DNA of 60,085 nucleotides from Chiloscyllium plagiosum (taxonomy: Eukaryota): NCBI RefSeq assembly GCF_004010195.1, contig NC_057720.1:30193003-30253087 (forward strand), given 5' to 3'. The notes under the pieces were generated by a model. The model was given only the letters and a program-made list of their open reading frames with translations, had not been told where the DNA came from and did not search any database. This document shows positions 1-13,433 of this stretch, in pieces. The position numbers and the translations under genes are program-made. The first letter of the stretch is position 1. Each line of letters opens with the position of its first letter.

Positions 1-191
1 AAATAAGAAAAAAAAATATAAGAACCAAATTATATAAATATCGAGAGTTTGTTGAATTTGGTGTGTATGTCCTCTGCCTTGCTTGGCACTGGACATCACA
101 CCCACTTGCAAGTGTAAAAATAAAGGACACTACTGATTCAGATTTTGTCTCGGACTGCAATTATTGAAGTGTGTGAGCTTTGTTTCTCACA
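1..191 (+). mobile_element. Possible 3' part of an LTR
   Basis: TATATAAA at 31-38, AATAAA at 119-124, ends in ...CTCACA; layout only, no internal retroelement sequence. Confidence 0.25.
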
Positions 192-314
192 CTTTGATAA
201 ACAGAAATTTCCTTCAAATAAAATTTACAAAAGACTAAGTCAATTCATTTGACTCCCTATTTGACTTCTATACTTTTGTAACTTCCAGACTTGACCATTC
301 CAGTACTTAACATA

Positions 315-1100
315 AATATAGAAAATAGGAACAGGAGTTGGACATTAATTTCTTCAGGCATGCTCTGCATGAATATAATCATGACTGATCATCCTACTCA
401 GTATGCCTTTCCTGCTTTTGATCCCTTTATCTCTAAGAACTGAATCTATTTCCTTCTTGACAACATTCAATGTTTTGGCTGCTTGGCAGAGAATTCCCCA
501 GGCTCACCATTCTCTGGGTAAAGAAATTTCTCCTCATCTGAGTCCTAAATGGCACGTTCTTGGAAACATCCTTCCTGCATTTACTCTGTATAGTCCTATC
601 AGAATTTTATAGGTTTCTACAAGATCTCCCCTCATTCTTTTGAACTCCTCATTGAATATAGTCCTAATCAATACAATCTCTCTTCATTAATCATGCCTAC
701 TATCCCAGGAATATGTCTGGTAAACCTTTGATGAACGCTCTTTATAGCCAGAACAGCCTTCCTCAGTTAAGGGAGACTAAAAATGTACACAGTATTCCAA
801 GCGTGGTCTCACGAAGGCCCTGACCAATTGCAGCAACTTACCCCTACTCCGATACTCAAATCCTCTTGCCATAAATGCTAACATACTTTTTGCCTTCTTC
901 ATTGCTTGTTGCACCTGTATAATTACTTTCAGCAGCTGGTGTACAAGGATAGCCAGGTCTCATTGCACCTCTCTTTTTCCCAATCTATTCGCAAACAATA
1001 CCTTGTTTTTGCCACCAAAGTGGATAACTTCACATTTGTCCATATTATACTTCATCTGCTATGCATTTGCCCAATCACTTAACTCATCCAAATCTTGCAC
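315..1100 (-). mobile_element. Decayed CR1-type LINE 3' fragment
   Basis: Reverse complement resembles the CR1 ORF2 C-terminus and 3' tail seen in other copies in this window. Confidence 0.7.
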
Positions 1101-1302
1101 TGACCTGCTTCTGTGCTAACTTCAGCTCATCCCACTCCCATATTACCTGTATCTTGAATAGAATTATAAAATCATAGAATTTTACAGAACTGGAGCAAAT
1201 TTGACCCATTGTATTCATATTGGCTCCTGAAAGAGCTATCCAGCTACCTCCATTCTTCAGCCTTATCTCTGTAGCCCTCTAACTTCATCACTTTCAAATA
1301 TC

Positions 1303-1610
1303 ATGGTGGCACAGTGGTTAGCACTGCTACCTCACAGTGCCAGAGACCCGGGTTCAATTCCCACCTCAGGCAACTGTCTGTGTGGAGTTTGCATTCTCCC
1401 TGTGTCTGTGCAGGTTTACTCCAGGTGCTCTGGTTTCCTCCCACAGTCCAAAAATGTGCAGGTTAGGTGAATTGGCCAAGCTAAATTGCCCGTAGTGTTA
1501 GGTGAAGGGGTAAATGTAGGGGAATGGGTCTGGGTGGGTTGCTCTTCGGAGGGTCGGTGTGGACTTGTTGGGCCGAAGGACCTGTTTCCACACTAAGTAA
1601 TCTAATCTAA
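1303..1610 (+). mobile_element. tRNA-derived V-SINE (HE1-like)
   Basis: A box TGGCACAGTGG, B box GGTTCAATTCC, V-domain TGTGGAGTTTGC...GCTAAATTGCCC, LINE-type tail ending in (TAATC)n. Confidence 0.85.
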
Positions 1611-1936
1611 TATATCCATCTTTCCCAGGCAGCGCATTCAAAATTTGAGTATAGATGTTTTTCCTTAACTCAGCCCAGCTCTCTTGCTGACAATCTTGAA
1701 ATTATGACCCCTTAATTACTAAAATACCAATTAAGTAAATATCCTTCTTTGCCATGTCAAAACTGTTCATAATTTTGAAAGCCCCAATAAGGTAATCTGT
1801 TAATCTTCTCACTCCAACAACGGTAAGCCCATTTCTCCACTATTATTTGTATCTAAAATCCCTCATTTCTGATATCAGTCTAATAAATGTCCTTTGCACT
1901 GTCTCTAGGGCTTTAACGTCCTTCCTTAAATAAGTG

Positions 1937-2046
1937 ATGGAAATGTGTTGCTGGAGAAGCGCAGCAGGTCAGGCAGCATCTAGGGAACAGGAGAATCGAC
2001 GTTTCAGGCATTAGCCCTTCTCCAGCATCTGCAGACCTCATTTTCT
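1937..2046 (+). mobile_element. Truncated PLE-derived mini-element with 16-bp TSD
   Basis: TSD CTTCCTTAAATAAGTG at 1921-1936 and 2047-2062; near-identical to one arm and the tail of the 37588-37814 element. Confidence 0.85.
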
Positions 2047-2529
2047 CTTCCTTAAATAAGTGCCTAGAACTGAACACAGTTATGAAGGATAGCATCACTT
2101 CCTTGCTTTTATTCTCTATGCTACTATTTATATTTCAATTTGCCTGGCCACCTTCAGAGAACCATGCACATGAACCCTGAGGTCCCTCTGCTCCTGTACT
2201 CCCCTCAAAGTTGTACCATTGACCCTCTTCACCTGTGTTTCTTCTACCAAAATGCATTACCTTACATTTTTCTGCACTGAAATCCATTTGCCAGTTTGTC
2301 AACATCCTTCTGAAGTCAATCAACGTCATCCTTACAATTCACTATTCCCTCTAGTTTGGTATCACCTCCATTTTAGAGATTTTGCCCTCAACACCCACTC
2401 TCAAATCATTTATATAAATCAGAAAAAGCAAGGGTCCCAACACTGATCCCCAGGGAACACCAGTCTGAAAAGTTCTAATCTTTCCTATCCTCTGTTTCCT
2501 ATCTTTTAGCTAATTTCTAATGGCACCAG

Positions 2530-2700
2530 ATCCCATTCAAACTCCATCCCTGAGTTCACTAGCCTACGTTGGCTTCAGGTACAGCAACAGTTAAGTTTTA
2601 AAATTCTCATCCATTTGCTTAAGTCTGTTCATGGCCTTGTGCCTTCCTATCTCTGTAGTTTTCCGAGCAGGATCAACTTTCAAAAAAACTCTGGCTTGTT
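2530..2700 (+). mobile_element. L2-type LINE 3' remnant
   Basis: Degenerate L.WL.VQQ...FKIL...KS.HGL.PSYL pattern typical of the L2 ORF2 end. Confidence 0.5.
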
Positions 2701-2979
2701 CCAAATTTGGCATCTCCTACATCTTCCACTTTCTAACTGCCCTTGAGAAGGTGGTTATTGGGCAAAACCTTAGAGTCTTTTTGTAATTGTTTCAATCTAG
2801 TCTACCCTAAAATATGTATTTTCTAATGTCAATAAATGTCACTAAAATGTTCTGAATATCTGTATACTCTGTTTATATATCTGTTGAGTATGCACATGTA
2901 TAAACCTCGATCAACACTCTAGATGTCACATATTGTCTGAAGAAATACTAGTGAAATGGCACATTTCACAATTTCACAT

Positions 2980-3325
2980 TGCACTTTACAGTCAAAATGA
3001 ATGGAAAATGATGCAGCCAATTTGCATACTGCAAAGTCCTGTAAACAGTATTGAGATTCATGCCTGGGTACTCTTTAGTTATGTTGGTTGAGGAGTAAAA
3101 ATTTCCCTTGTTACCAGGGAAAATATTATTCATTTTTTGTGAAGTATTATGAAAGAATCAATCATCCAGGACAAAGAGGAACTCAGTTTGACATCTCATC
3201 TCAAATGCAGCTTCTGATAACATAGCAGCCTCTTATTATCACACCGAAGCTTCAGGCATCACTGTGCCTAAGTGTCAGAACAGAACTTAAGTCTATAACC
3301 CTTTGACTCAGAAGCAAAACAGCAA
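2980..3325 (-). mobile_element. Old tRNA-derived SINE (Deu-SINE/SacSINE-like)
   Basis: Decayed match recalled from the Deu-SINE pattern (GCAGCCAATTTGCA..., TCTCATC, TGACTCAGA); a related copy lies on + near 39940-40240. Confidence 0.5.
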
Positions 3326-4538
3326 ATTCTAATACAATACGGTATAATGCTATCTAATACTGGAAAAGTATTTTCCTGCTTTCAACTGACTTTCCCAAAA
3401 ACCAATGGTTAGAAGCAGAGGGTCAGGTTTTCTAGAATGGGGTACTGAATGGAAGATGAATGCCCAGGGATAACTCAACAAGTCAATTGAGTATAGCTGA
3501 TTCAATAGCCAAAATGTAATTGGATTTGGGCTGTGCTGGTTGACAAATATTCCTGGAAGGAGGGCATTCATCACTAGCCCTTTGTTAGTATGCATTGATA
3601 CATGCATGAACCAAAGTAAAGGCTAGAGTACAAAATAGATAATTAATTGCCCAAGTTTCATGTACTGCTGAAACCTGTACACATATTGTCCATCCTGAAG
3701 AGTCAGATCCATTTTTGTTGTATCAGAGTGACACAATGTTTTGCACATTTCCAGGGCCAAGAGGCCCAACATGTTTCTGGTTACCAATGACAGTTCAGAC
3801 AGGGAATTTGTTGACATCAATCTGATCCACACCAGCCATGCAGCTAACCAAGCCAATCAGCCCCTGAAAAAAAAAATCAGAGTTGCTGTGGCTACGTACA
3901 CTTTTACACACAAGTTGTGGGTTGCAGTTGTGGATAATGATGGTAGGTGTTCCAATTCCTTCAAAAGGCTGACCTGTTCTTACTGCCAACCATTGGCATA
4001 CATTGGAAGAATTTACAAGTTGATACTTAACCAGTTTTGCTGGGTTATGAACACACCTTGGCTTCAATTAGAATTAGATCTAAAAGCTTTTGGTTCAAAG
4101 GCAGGGACACTACAACTGAACCAGAACACTCCAAGTTTAGCAAATGCTGAATAGTAAATCTTTTTTTTTAATCCAATCTCTTCTTCTGACAACAATATAA
4201 AAACAAATCACCTCCCACACTTTTCCATAAGTAGGTAAAAGGAAGTGTTTAAGACTGATGAGTTTTGTACCAAATGTACAGGTGAGTCAATTGTGGCAAT
4301 AGGTTGGAGTGAGAATCCCTGCTATTACAAAATGCTGAGGATTTATTTTTTACTGAAACACAGAATAAGAGCAGGTGGTCATTTGGCCCTTCAATTCTGC
4401 TGTGCTGTTCATTATGATCACGACCAATCATCCAACTCAATAACCTGTTCCCACATTTCCATCATGTACTTTGATCCTTTAACCCCAAGTGCTATATCCA
4501 ACTCCTTGAAATCATGTTTTGATTTTAACTGCTTTCTT

Positions 4539-4857
4539 TTAGATTAGATTAGATTACATTACAGTGTGGAAACAGGCCCTTCGGCCCAACAAGTTCACAC
4601 CGACCCGCCGAAGCGCAACCCACCCATACCCCTACATTTACCCCTTACCTAACACTACGGGCAATTTAGCATGGCCAATTCACCTAACCTGCACATCTTT
4701 GGACTGTGGGGGGAAACCGGAGAACCCGGAGGAAACCCACGCAGACACGGGGAGAACGTGCAAACTCCACACAGTCAGTCGCCTGAGGCGGGAATTGAAC
4801 CCAAGTCTCTGGCGCTGTGAGGCAGCAGTGCTAACCACTGTGCCACCGTGCCACCCA
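4539..4857 (-). mobile_element. Full-length V-SINE (HE1-like), inserted in a CR1 3' fragment (about 4360-5115)
   Basis: tRNA head at 4857, V-domain and (TAATC)n tail; CpG-rich, suggesting a young copy. Confidence 0.88.
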
Positions 4858-5117
4858 CTTGCTTCTGTGGTAGCAAGTTCCATAGACTCACCACTCTCTG
4901 GGTAAAAAATCCTCATCTCAGTCCTAAATGGCTTATCCTGCATGCTTAGACTATCACATCTGTTTCTGGACTCACCTGCCCATTGGGAACATCCTTCTTG
5001 CATTTACCCTGTTTAATCCTGTTATAATTTTATAGCCTTCTATGAGACTCCCCTCTCCCTAGGGTCATTCTTCTGAACTCCAGTAAATATTAGCCTAACT
5101 GATTCAATCGCCTTTGT

Positions 5118-5312
5118 TAGTCCTGCATGCCCCTGGACACTATGGGCAATTTAGCATGGCCAATCCACCTAACCCGCATATCTTTGGATTGTGGGAGAAA
5201 ACCATAGCATCCGGAGGAAATCGGACAGAATGTGCAAACTCCGTACAGTTGTTCGAGGCTGGAACCAAATCCGGTTCCTGACACTGAGGTAGCAATGCTA
5301 ACCACTGAGCCA
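5118..5312 (-). mobile_element. Partial V-SINE
   Basis: V-domain GGGCAATTTAGCATGGCCAATCCACCTAAC and a tRNA-like head. Confidence 0.75.
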
Positions 5313-6235
5313 CTCTTTAAAAGATGTAAAGCACATTTAAGGCAAAACATAAACACTACCAACTGCATAAGATAGTAGAATATTACGTACACACAAGGGT
5401 TAGTCATTAAGACTGAAGTGAGGAGAAATTTCTAAACTAAAAGAGGGTTTAAAAAATTCAAAGATTCATTAAACTATAAAGAACCGCCATTCCTTTTGTA
5501 TTTTAATATATGCAATGAGGCCAAAATCAGATCAGCAATGACCTTACCAAATGGTGAAGGGCTGAATGACTTACTCCTGAATTACAACAAACAAATTGGT
5601 AGTAGAGATTAATTGATCTTTGGATACTAACAACAATCAAAGTATATGGAAGTAGTGAGGGAAGCTGGAGCTAAGGATGAAGACCAACCATGATCTTATT
5701 TAATGGTGGTGCAGGCTTGAGGAGTAGAACAATCTACATCTGCTCCTCAATGGTACATGCGATTAAGTTACTAATTCCTAGAGAACAAATGGGAATGAAT
5801 ACCAAGTGACAACTGTTGCAGCACCAGTGGTACAAAAGCATATTGCAGAATTGAGCAGAAGAGGCAGTTGTTCAACCCCTGTCAATCATCATTTGAAAGA
5901 GTTTTTTTGACTAATCTGTATTTTATCTTCATTTGCTTGTCTTGTTAAATTTCAGGTGAAGAAAATGGTTCAGCTTGCTAAACCATTTTCCTTATCTAAA
6001 GTTAAAACAGTTGACATGGGACTAAAGCAGGTAAATGGAGTTAAGGTATTGTCAGCAATATAAATGGTTTAGTTGAGACAGCACTATAAAGTGGGAGAGG
6101 ATTAAAAGAAACTATTTGTAAAAAAGTTACACCTATCACTTCAGTACAGGGGTATCTGTTTCAATTCTAAACTAGAAGTCTAAACAAAATTAATAAAGGA
6201 GAAAGACAACATTATCCAAGTTTTGGCTCAATAAA

Positions 6236-6241
6236 TTTATT
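6236..6241 (-). terminator. Probable UQCRH polyadenylation signal AATAAA
   Basis: tttatt on + strand about 200 nt past the stop codon. Confidence 0.6.
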
Positions 6242-6438
6242 TATAATGTCAAGAATAACTAAACAATGTCTGGCTCCAAATTCAATCACAAATACAGTAA
6301 ACCTTTGACAAAGGCAATGCCTGAATCATTGTACAATGGATAAAAGGATTCATTTCTCACAAAGTTATTACTCAATGAATAACCAAATTCCACAAACATT
6401 TTGAATCCTGAAACACGGAGTTCCTTGGGCACTGGACT

Positions 6439-6471
6439 TCACTTTAACTTACTCAAGATATCTGCAGCCAC
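6439..6471 (-). CDS. UQCRH: UQCRH coding exon 4 (VAADILSKLK*)
   Basis: T-rich tract plus CAG acceptor; TGA stop at 6441-6439; comparable to the human C-terminus VAHKLFNNLK. Confidence 0.9.
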   Translation of the reverse strand: MAADILSKLK

Positions 6472-7211
6472 CTGGAACAAAAAAAAAGAGTTTCATTCCT
6501 GAGTGTGCAGACTGAATGAGACAGAGCAGAATGGGAACAGTTGTACATCAATTTCTTTTAATTGAACTGGAAGGAAATTTCCAACTTAAGTGCATCAAAA
6601 CAAAATGGATTTGTTGCTTTCCAATTGCTAGAGAGGCCACATATAGACAAATTAGCATACTTTTCATTTATCTTACAAAAAAACTACAAAAATTATTTTA
6701 AAACTACAGCAAATCTTGTTATAAGGCAAGGATGGGAATTGAGACTAACTGGAGAGCTCTTACAAAGTCATAAGAGGCACAAATGGTCCAAGTGCTCTCT
6801 TTCTGTACCATATCATTCAGCAATTCTAGAAATAAAATGTTTAAATTTCTATCAAAATTCTTGAAGATTTATACTGATGCCTTACTTCCCAATGATTAAT
6901 TCTGGTTACATAAATTAAAAGCATTTATTTAATGCTTCTTTAATGTGATTAAAGAAAATCAGGCACTTCAAGTAATATCAATTAAAAAAATTAAATATTT
7001 TTCATGTAACCTCCAACAAATACTCAAGATAGATTTCAGTATCAGAGTCAAAAAAACTGCACAGAACTATGTCAGTACAACAGAACTGTGTACCACCAAA
7101 CAGTTTACAAAACAAAATATGAGAATGAACACCCAACACAAGGACAATTAAAAGTCCTCCCGAAAGATTAAAGTAATAATTTGGAAATGTATTTAGAAGC
7201 AAAGAACTTAC

Positions 7212-7373
7212 ACAATGGTCCCTGGCATGCAAAAAGTCAAACAGTTCCTCAGTACAGGTTTCTTCTGTTTGTGTTCTAGAATTTACTCGCTCTGTACAGG
7301 CATCCAATATTTCTTGTAGCTTTACACACTTTTCGATCTTCTCACACCGCTCTCTAATTGCTATTATGGGATC
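7212..7373 (-). CDS. UQCRH: UQCRH coding exon 3 ([16 protein letters not shown]...[13 protein letters not shown])
   Basis: 162 nt; CAG acceptor and GTAAGT donor; hinge-protein Cys pattern and [15 protein letters not shown] motif; lies within ORF 7002..7409. Confidence 0.97.
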
Positions 7374-8759
7374 CTGTACAGGCATAACAAAATGTTTTAA
7401 ACAAATCAAATAAATTTTAAAAGTACCTTCATTTTTGTAAATGTGTTTAATACTAAACTTTAGGCATTAGCCCACTATCTAAATTCTTGTTTTCAAGAAG
7501 TTGACATTCAGGGTTACCAAATTAGATTTAATTCTCAAATTTATTTGACTAGATCTCTGAAAGGTTAACATCGCGTGTTAGGAGGTTCTTCAAAGTAAAG
7601 AATGCCAGAGTAGAGCATCAAGGATAGGGAAAGGTTTCAGGTTGACTGGCTCCAAGTTCTCCAGGAATTAAGAAATGGAGGAAATGGGATGCAACAGCAG
7701 CAGTGTTAGCTATAAATTTGAGATAGTAGCTTGCACTGATTATGGATATGCTAACTTCATCTCCTCAAAGTTTAAATGTTTCTTCAATGTAAGAGCCATA
7801 CAAATAATCAGAATGTAGCTTCATGTTTTTGTTTGAACTACTTTAACAGGCAAAAATATAACTTTAACCCAATAGCCAAAGCAGAAGAGGTAACAAACAA
7901 ACTGGAAATTAGTCACTTGACTCATGCAGCTCTGTCAAAATGAAGTTAAAAACACCAACAGTAAAAGTCTGGGTGTTGAATGCTCATTTACTATATGGGA
8001 TAAGTAACAGGATCTTTATGGGAGTTAAGACGGAAAGGGTGGTGAAAGAGTATGACGGTAATAAAACCATTTTGTTAACTCATTGCAAGCTGATTGCAAT
8101 GTCAGAACAAATCTGTATATTTCGCTTTCAAATGGATCACTATTGTTAATGTGAAACTATTTAAGCCCCGCTAAGTCTTCTTGTTGCTTTGGCTCAATGA
8201 TAGAAATATGTAGCAACAGGAAGCAATCTAAGTGTCTTTATGATGAAAAGAAACAAGGAATTAAAAGAAAAGGAAATAAATAATGGACACAGTATGCAGA
8301 CAAGTTTGTAAAAGTCACACGGATGATGTCAACTGTGTTACACAATTAATTTAAAAATTATTCTTGACAATAAAGCTAATTTGATTCAATTTGAAGACCA
8401 CTGGCAAGGCTAGCATTTATTGTTCATCCAATGCCTTCAAGGTGGTGGTAGTGAGCTACTTTTCAAATAGCTACAGTCCACATGGTGTAGGTACACACAC
8501 AATATACCTCCATGCAATTTAGTGTATTACATTACATATACATTATATGCATACAATAATATTATCTTCACTTCATGTTGCTGTACACTGCCCATATTTC
8601 CACTGCTCTTCACTTCAGTTGAGTACACAGGTTCAAGGGCTGCCACAGTTACTTATTCCCACAGTTGCATTTCAAAAATCTGCTAGCCCCGTGCAAACCT
8701 TTTGATATTCAAGGCCAATAAATCACGGTGTTCTTTGAGACAAAGACTCAGCAGAGGCA

Positions 8760-10730
8760 GTAACACAGTTGAATTCAGTCAGGAGGAGGCTGCCCAGAGA
8801 ATCCTCATTGACTTCTGGCCCACTGTGGTCTCATGGTATCAGGGTGAAATGTGAGCTAAAATACATACTTCACCACATCTTTACCAATCTGCCTATCATA
8901 GATGCATTTGTCCATGACAGTAGTATAAGGAGTAACTACTGTCCTTGCAGAGACTAGTCCAGCCTTCACATTAAGTATATATTCCATGTTGTGTGGCACC
9001 ACCACCATGCTAAATGGAATAGATTTCAAATAGATCTAGCAACTCAAGACCAGGCACGCATGAGAGGTGCTGTGGGCCATCAGCAGCAGTGGAGCTGCAC
9101 TCAGCCACAAGCTACAAACTCACGATCCAGTATATCACTATCACTACCATCAAACCTGGGAATCTGATTTAATCAAAAATCAAGAAACAGTACCAGGTAT
9201 ATTTAAACATGAGGTGTCAACATGATGAAGCCACACAGGACTATGCGCATACCAAACAGCATAAGCAGCAAGTAATGCAGAGCTAAGCGATTCCAGAGTC
9301 AGTAGATCAGATGTAAACTCTGCAGTCCTGCCAGTCATGAACAATGATGGACAATTAAATGACTAACTGGAGGAGGAGGAGTCTCCACAAACATGCCCAG
9401 CCTGAGTAATATGGGAAGCCTAGCACATTACTGCAAAAAAGACAAACAATTGCAACCATCTCCTGCCAGACATGCAGAACAGATGATTAATTTCATCATG
9501 CTGCGTAGTTTCCAGGTATCACAGATGCCAGTCTTCAACCAATGAGGACTCCACATATCAAGAAACAGTTGAAGGTGCTGTGTATTATAAAGGCTATGGG
9601 TCCAGACAATATTCATTATTATTGCAGATGAGCTGCAAAACTTGCTCGTTCCTAGCCAAATTCTTCCAATACAATTACAAGAATGGAATTGACCCGGTAA
9701 TGTGGAAAATTGGCCAAATATGTGCTATCCCATAAAAAGCAGGTCAAATCCAATGTAGTCAATGACTGCCCCATCAGCCTATCAGTAAAGTGAGGGTCAA
9801 CTCAGCTCCAGGACAACTCTGCAGGAGTTCCTCAATGTGTTGTCCTAGACCCAACCATCATCAGTTGGCTCATTCATAACTTTCCTCCCATAAAGGTCAG
9901 AAACGGGATGTTCATTGATGACTGCACAATGTCCAGCACCACTCATGATTCCTTAGATACTGAAGTAGCCCAAGGTCAAATGCAGTAAGACCCAGACAAT
10001 GTCCACATATGGGCTGACGAGTGGTAAGTAACTTCAAGCTACATGAGTGCAAGGCAACAAACATCTCCAACAAGAGAGAATACAACCATCGTATGCAATG
10101 GCATTGCCATCATTGAATTCCCCTGTTATTAACATGCTGAGGGTTACCACTGACCAAAAAGCAAACTGGACTAGGCAAACACACTGTGGTTACAAGAACA
10201 AGTGAGAGGTGAAGAATCCTACAGCACATAACTCACCTCCAACTCCAGAGCCCGTCCAGCACAAGTCAGGAGTGTGATGGAATTCTCACCACTTGCCTGA
10301 ATGAGTGCTGCTCCAGCAACACTCTAAGTTGGCATCATCCAGGTCAAACCAGACCTCGATTGACAACACATCCACATACACTCCCTCCACCACTGACACA
10401 CTGGAACAGCAATGCACAATTAACAAAATGCATTGTAGAAACTCACCAAGATTCCTTAAGACAGCACCTTCCATATCCTAAAACTACTACCCCCTAGAAG
10501 GACAGGGGCAGCAGACATGTGGGAACACCACCACCTGTAATTTCCCCTCCAAGACAATCACCAGCCTGACTTGGAAATATATCACCATTCCTTCAGTGTC
10601 ACTAGCTCAAAATGCTTGAACTCCTTCACTAACAGCAGTGTAAATGTTCCTACACTAAATGATCACACCTATTTTCCTGACAGCAATTAAGAATGGGCAA
10701 TAACTGCTGGCTCAGCAACAGCACATCACC
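8760..10730 (+). mobile_element. Heavily decayed CR1-clade LINE (second family)
   Basis: RT remnants (GVPQ..VLxPT, DDCT-like motif) and a 3' tail GGGCAATAAxTGCTGG shared with the 29170-30650 copy. Confidence 0.65.
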
Positions 10731-11556
10731 TGAAGCTGCTCTTCCTGCCTCTCACTCATTCCCAAATCCTTGCTAACAGCAAAACTTCAGGAAGGAGCAG
10801 CTGCTAGTGGAGCATTTGAAAAAAAAGTTAGCTCCAGCAGAACACTTTGGCAGCCTGCAGAGCCAGCTTCAGACAAAACCTGAACCTTGATTAGAATTTC
10901 AGGTTCAAGAAAGGCAAATAGGGTGAAGAGTCAAGGAGCAAGAAGCTGGCGAGAGGTAAAGCTCACATGGTCATCACCAAGACACTTCGTTAGGCAAAAA
11001 TCACAGGCCCAAGTCAGTCAGTTAGCAGCAGGACGAATTAGGGAGTTAGAGGGGCTGCAAGGGATTCAGTGAGAGGATGGGTCCTCAGCAACCAGAAGGG
11101 TCAGGAAATAGGATATCAGGAAGTCAATTGTGGTAATTTAGTGATGCCACAATGTCATGGGGAGATGGTAAGACTCTCTCAGACTAAGTCTGAGTGTTAT
11201 CCAGGTTGCTTCTGTATTGGAGAAGTCCCAAATAGCACTGAACATTTTGGTGATGAGTTTTGCATTCCTGGCATTATGGTAAAGGGAATGTTATTGATCA
11301 AGCCGCTAAAGATGTCTTGGCCTAGGACACTTGAGAAATTCCTACAGTAATGTTTGGGACCCCTCTTCTACCCTTGATTCCAACAACTACAGTTTTACTT
11401 GGTCTCCTTCACTCTGGCATATGCTGCATTAATGTCAAAGAAAATAATTTTCACCTCACCACTGGTGTTGTGTCAGTGTTTGGACTGTGTATAAAACAGC
11501 AGCTGAGAAGACATGACAGAACTCAAACGCAGAAGTGTGTTGTGAATAAGTACCAT

Positions 11557-13035
11557 AAGGTGCCAGAAGACTGGAAGTTGGCTAACGTGGTACCACTATT
11601 TAAGGTAGTAAGGACAAGCCAGGGAATTATAGGCTAATGAGCCTGACGTCAATGGTGGGTAAGTTGTTAGAGGGAATCCTGAGGGACAGAACGTATGTGT
11701 ATCTGGAAAGGCAAAGACTGATTAGGGATAGTCAACATGGCTTTGTGGGTGGGAAATGATGGCTCACAAACTTGATTGGTCCAACTCGTCCATGCCGACT
11801 AGATATCCCAACCCAATGGGTGTGGAATGGGATGCAGAGGAAGGATTTGGAGGCTGGCTGCTGGCAGGTGGGACTAGATTGAGTTTTTTGATGTAGCAAC
11901 AAAGAGGATTGACGAGAGCAGAGCGGTAGATGTGATCTAAGTGTACTTCAGTAAGGCATTCAACAAGGTTCCCCATGGGAGACTGGTTAGCAAGGTTAGA
12001 TCTCATGGAATACAGGGAGAACTAGCCATTTGGATGTAGAACTGGCTTGAAGGTAGAAAACAGAGTGTGGTGGTGGAGGGTTGTTTTCCAGATTGTGACC
12101 AGTAGAGTGCCAGAAGGATCGGTGCTGGGTCCACTGCTTTTCGTCATTTATATAAATGACTTGGACGTGAACTTAAGAGGTATAATTAGTAAGTTTGCAG
12201 GTGACACCAAAATTGGAGATGTCATGGACAGTGAAGAAGGTTACCTCAGATTACAATGAGACCTTGATCAGATGAAACAATAAGCTGAGGTTTAATAATT
12301 TAGATAAACGCGAGGTGCTACAATTTGGGAAAACAAATCTTAGCAGGACTTATACAATTAATTGTAAGGTCCTAGAGAGTGTTGCTGAACAAAGAGACCT
12401 TGGGGAGTGCAGGTTCATTGCTCCTTGAAAGTAGAGTCACAGGTAGATAGGATAGTGACGGTGGTGTTTGGTATGCTTTTCTATATTGGTCAGAGTATTG
12501 AGGACAGGAGTTGGGAAGACATGTTGCGGCTATACAGGACATTGGTTAGGCCACTTTGGAATACTGCATGCAATTCTGGTCTCCTTTCTATCGGAAAGAT
12601 GTTGTAAAACTCGAAAGGGCTCAGAAAAGATTTACAAGAATATTGCCAGGATTAGAGGATTTGAGCTCTAGGGAGAGGTTGAATAGGCTGGAGCTGTTTT
12701 CCCTTGAGCATTGGAGGCTGAGTGGTGACCTTATAGAGGTTTACAAAATTATGAGGGGCTTGGATATAGGCTAAATAGGCAAAAGATCTTTTCCCTTAGG
12801 TGGGAGAGTCCAGAACTAGAGGACATAGGTTTAGGGTGAGAGGGGAAAGATATAAAGTGACCTAAGGGGCAACGTTTTCATGCAGAGAGTAGTGCGTGTG
12901 TGGAATGGGCTGCAGAGGAAGGATTTGGAGGCTGGGTGCTGGCAGGTGGGACTAGATTGGGTTGAGATATCTAGTCGGCATGGACGAGTTGGACCAAAGA
13001 GTCTATTTCTGTGCTGTGCATCTCTATGACTCTAA
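11557..13035 (+). mobile_element. CR1 LINE, frameshifted RT and 3' end
   Basis: VPEGSVLGPLLFVIYINDLD, YCMQFWSP and CR1 3' tail; nested in a minus-strand older LINE. Confidence 0.9.
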
Positions 13036-13433
13036 GTACTATTGGATAATGGTTATTTCAGTGATTGAAAGTAGACCAGTTGGGTGGTAACTGGCATAGT
13101 TTGACCTGTCTTGCCTCATTCAGACAGGACACACCTGGACAATTTTCAACCTTAGCTGCTAGATACACATGATATCTTTTTAAGAACAATTTTAAGAACC
13201 CTGGCAACGTCCTTGCGAATCTTTCTGAACTCTTTTCAAGTTTCACAACATTCTTCCTACAGGTAGTCCTCAGGACGTTCATTCCACAAACAAACCATCC
13301 TGTGTAAAAAATCTGCCACATTCTTTTTTTAAAAATCTCTCTCTTCTCACCTTAAAAACATGTCCCCTACTCTTTTGGAGAAATAAATCAATTACCATTT
13401 TCTTAGGGCAAATATGGGCAGTAAATAACTTCA

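Larger units (their letters stand above)
1150..2470 (-). mobile_element. Decayed CR1-type LINE fragment interrupted by a SINE and a PLE mini-element
   Basis: WQMDFSAEKCKVMHFG (ORF 2135..2329) and a GVPxGSVLGP remnant near 2430-2460. Confidence 0.75.

Noticed and set aside
1303..1375. tRNA gene (also near 4790-4857 and 25860-25928)
   Set aside because: A and B boxes run straight into a V-SINE body and LINE tail, so these are SINE heads.
7002..7409. 135-aa ORF as an intronless UQCRH or retrocopy
   Set aside because: Only 7212-7373 is UQCRH-like and it is bounded by AG/GT. The other three exons are present elsewhere.
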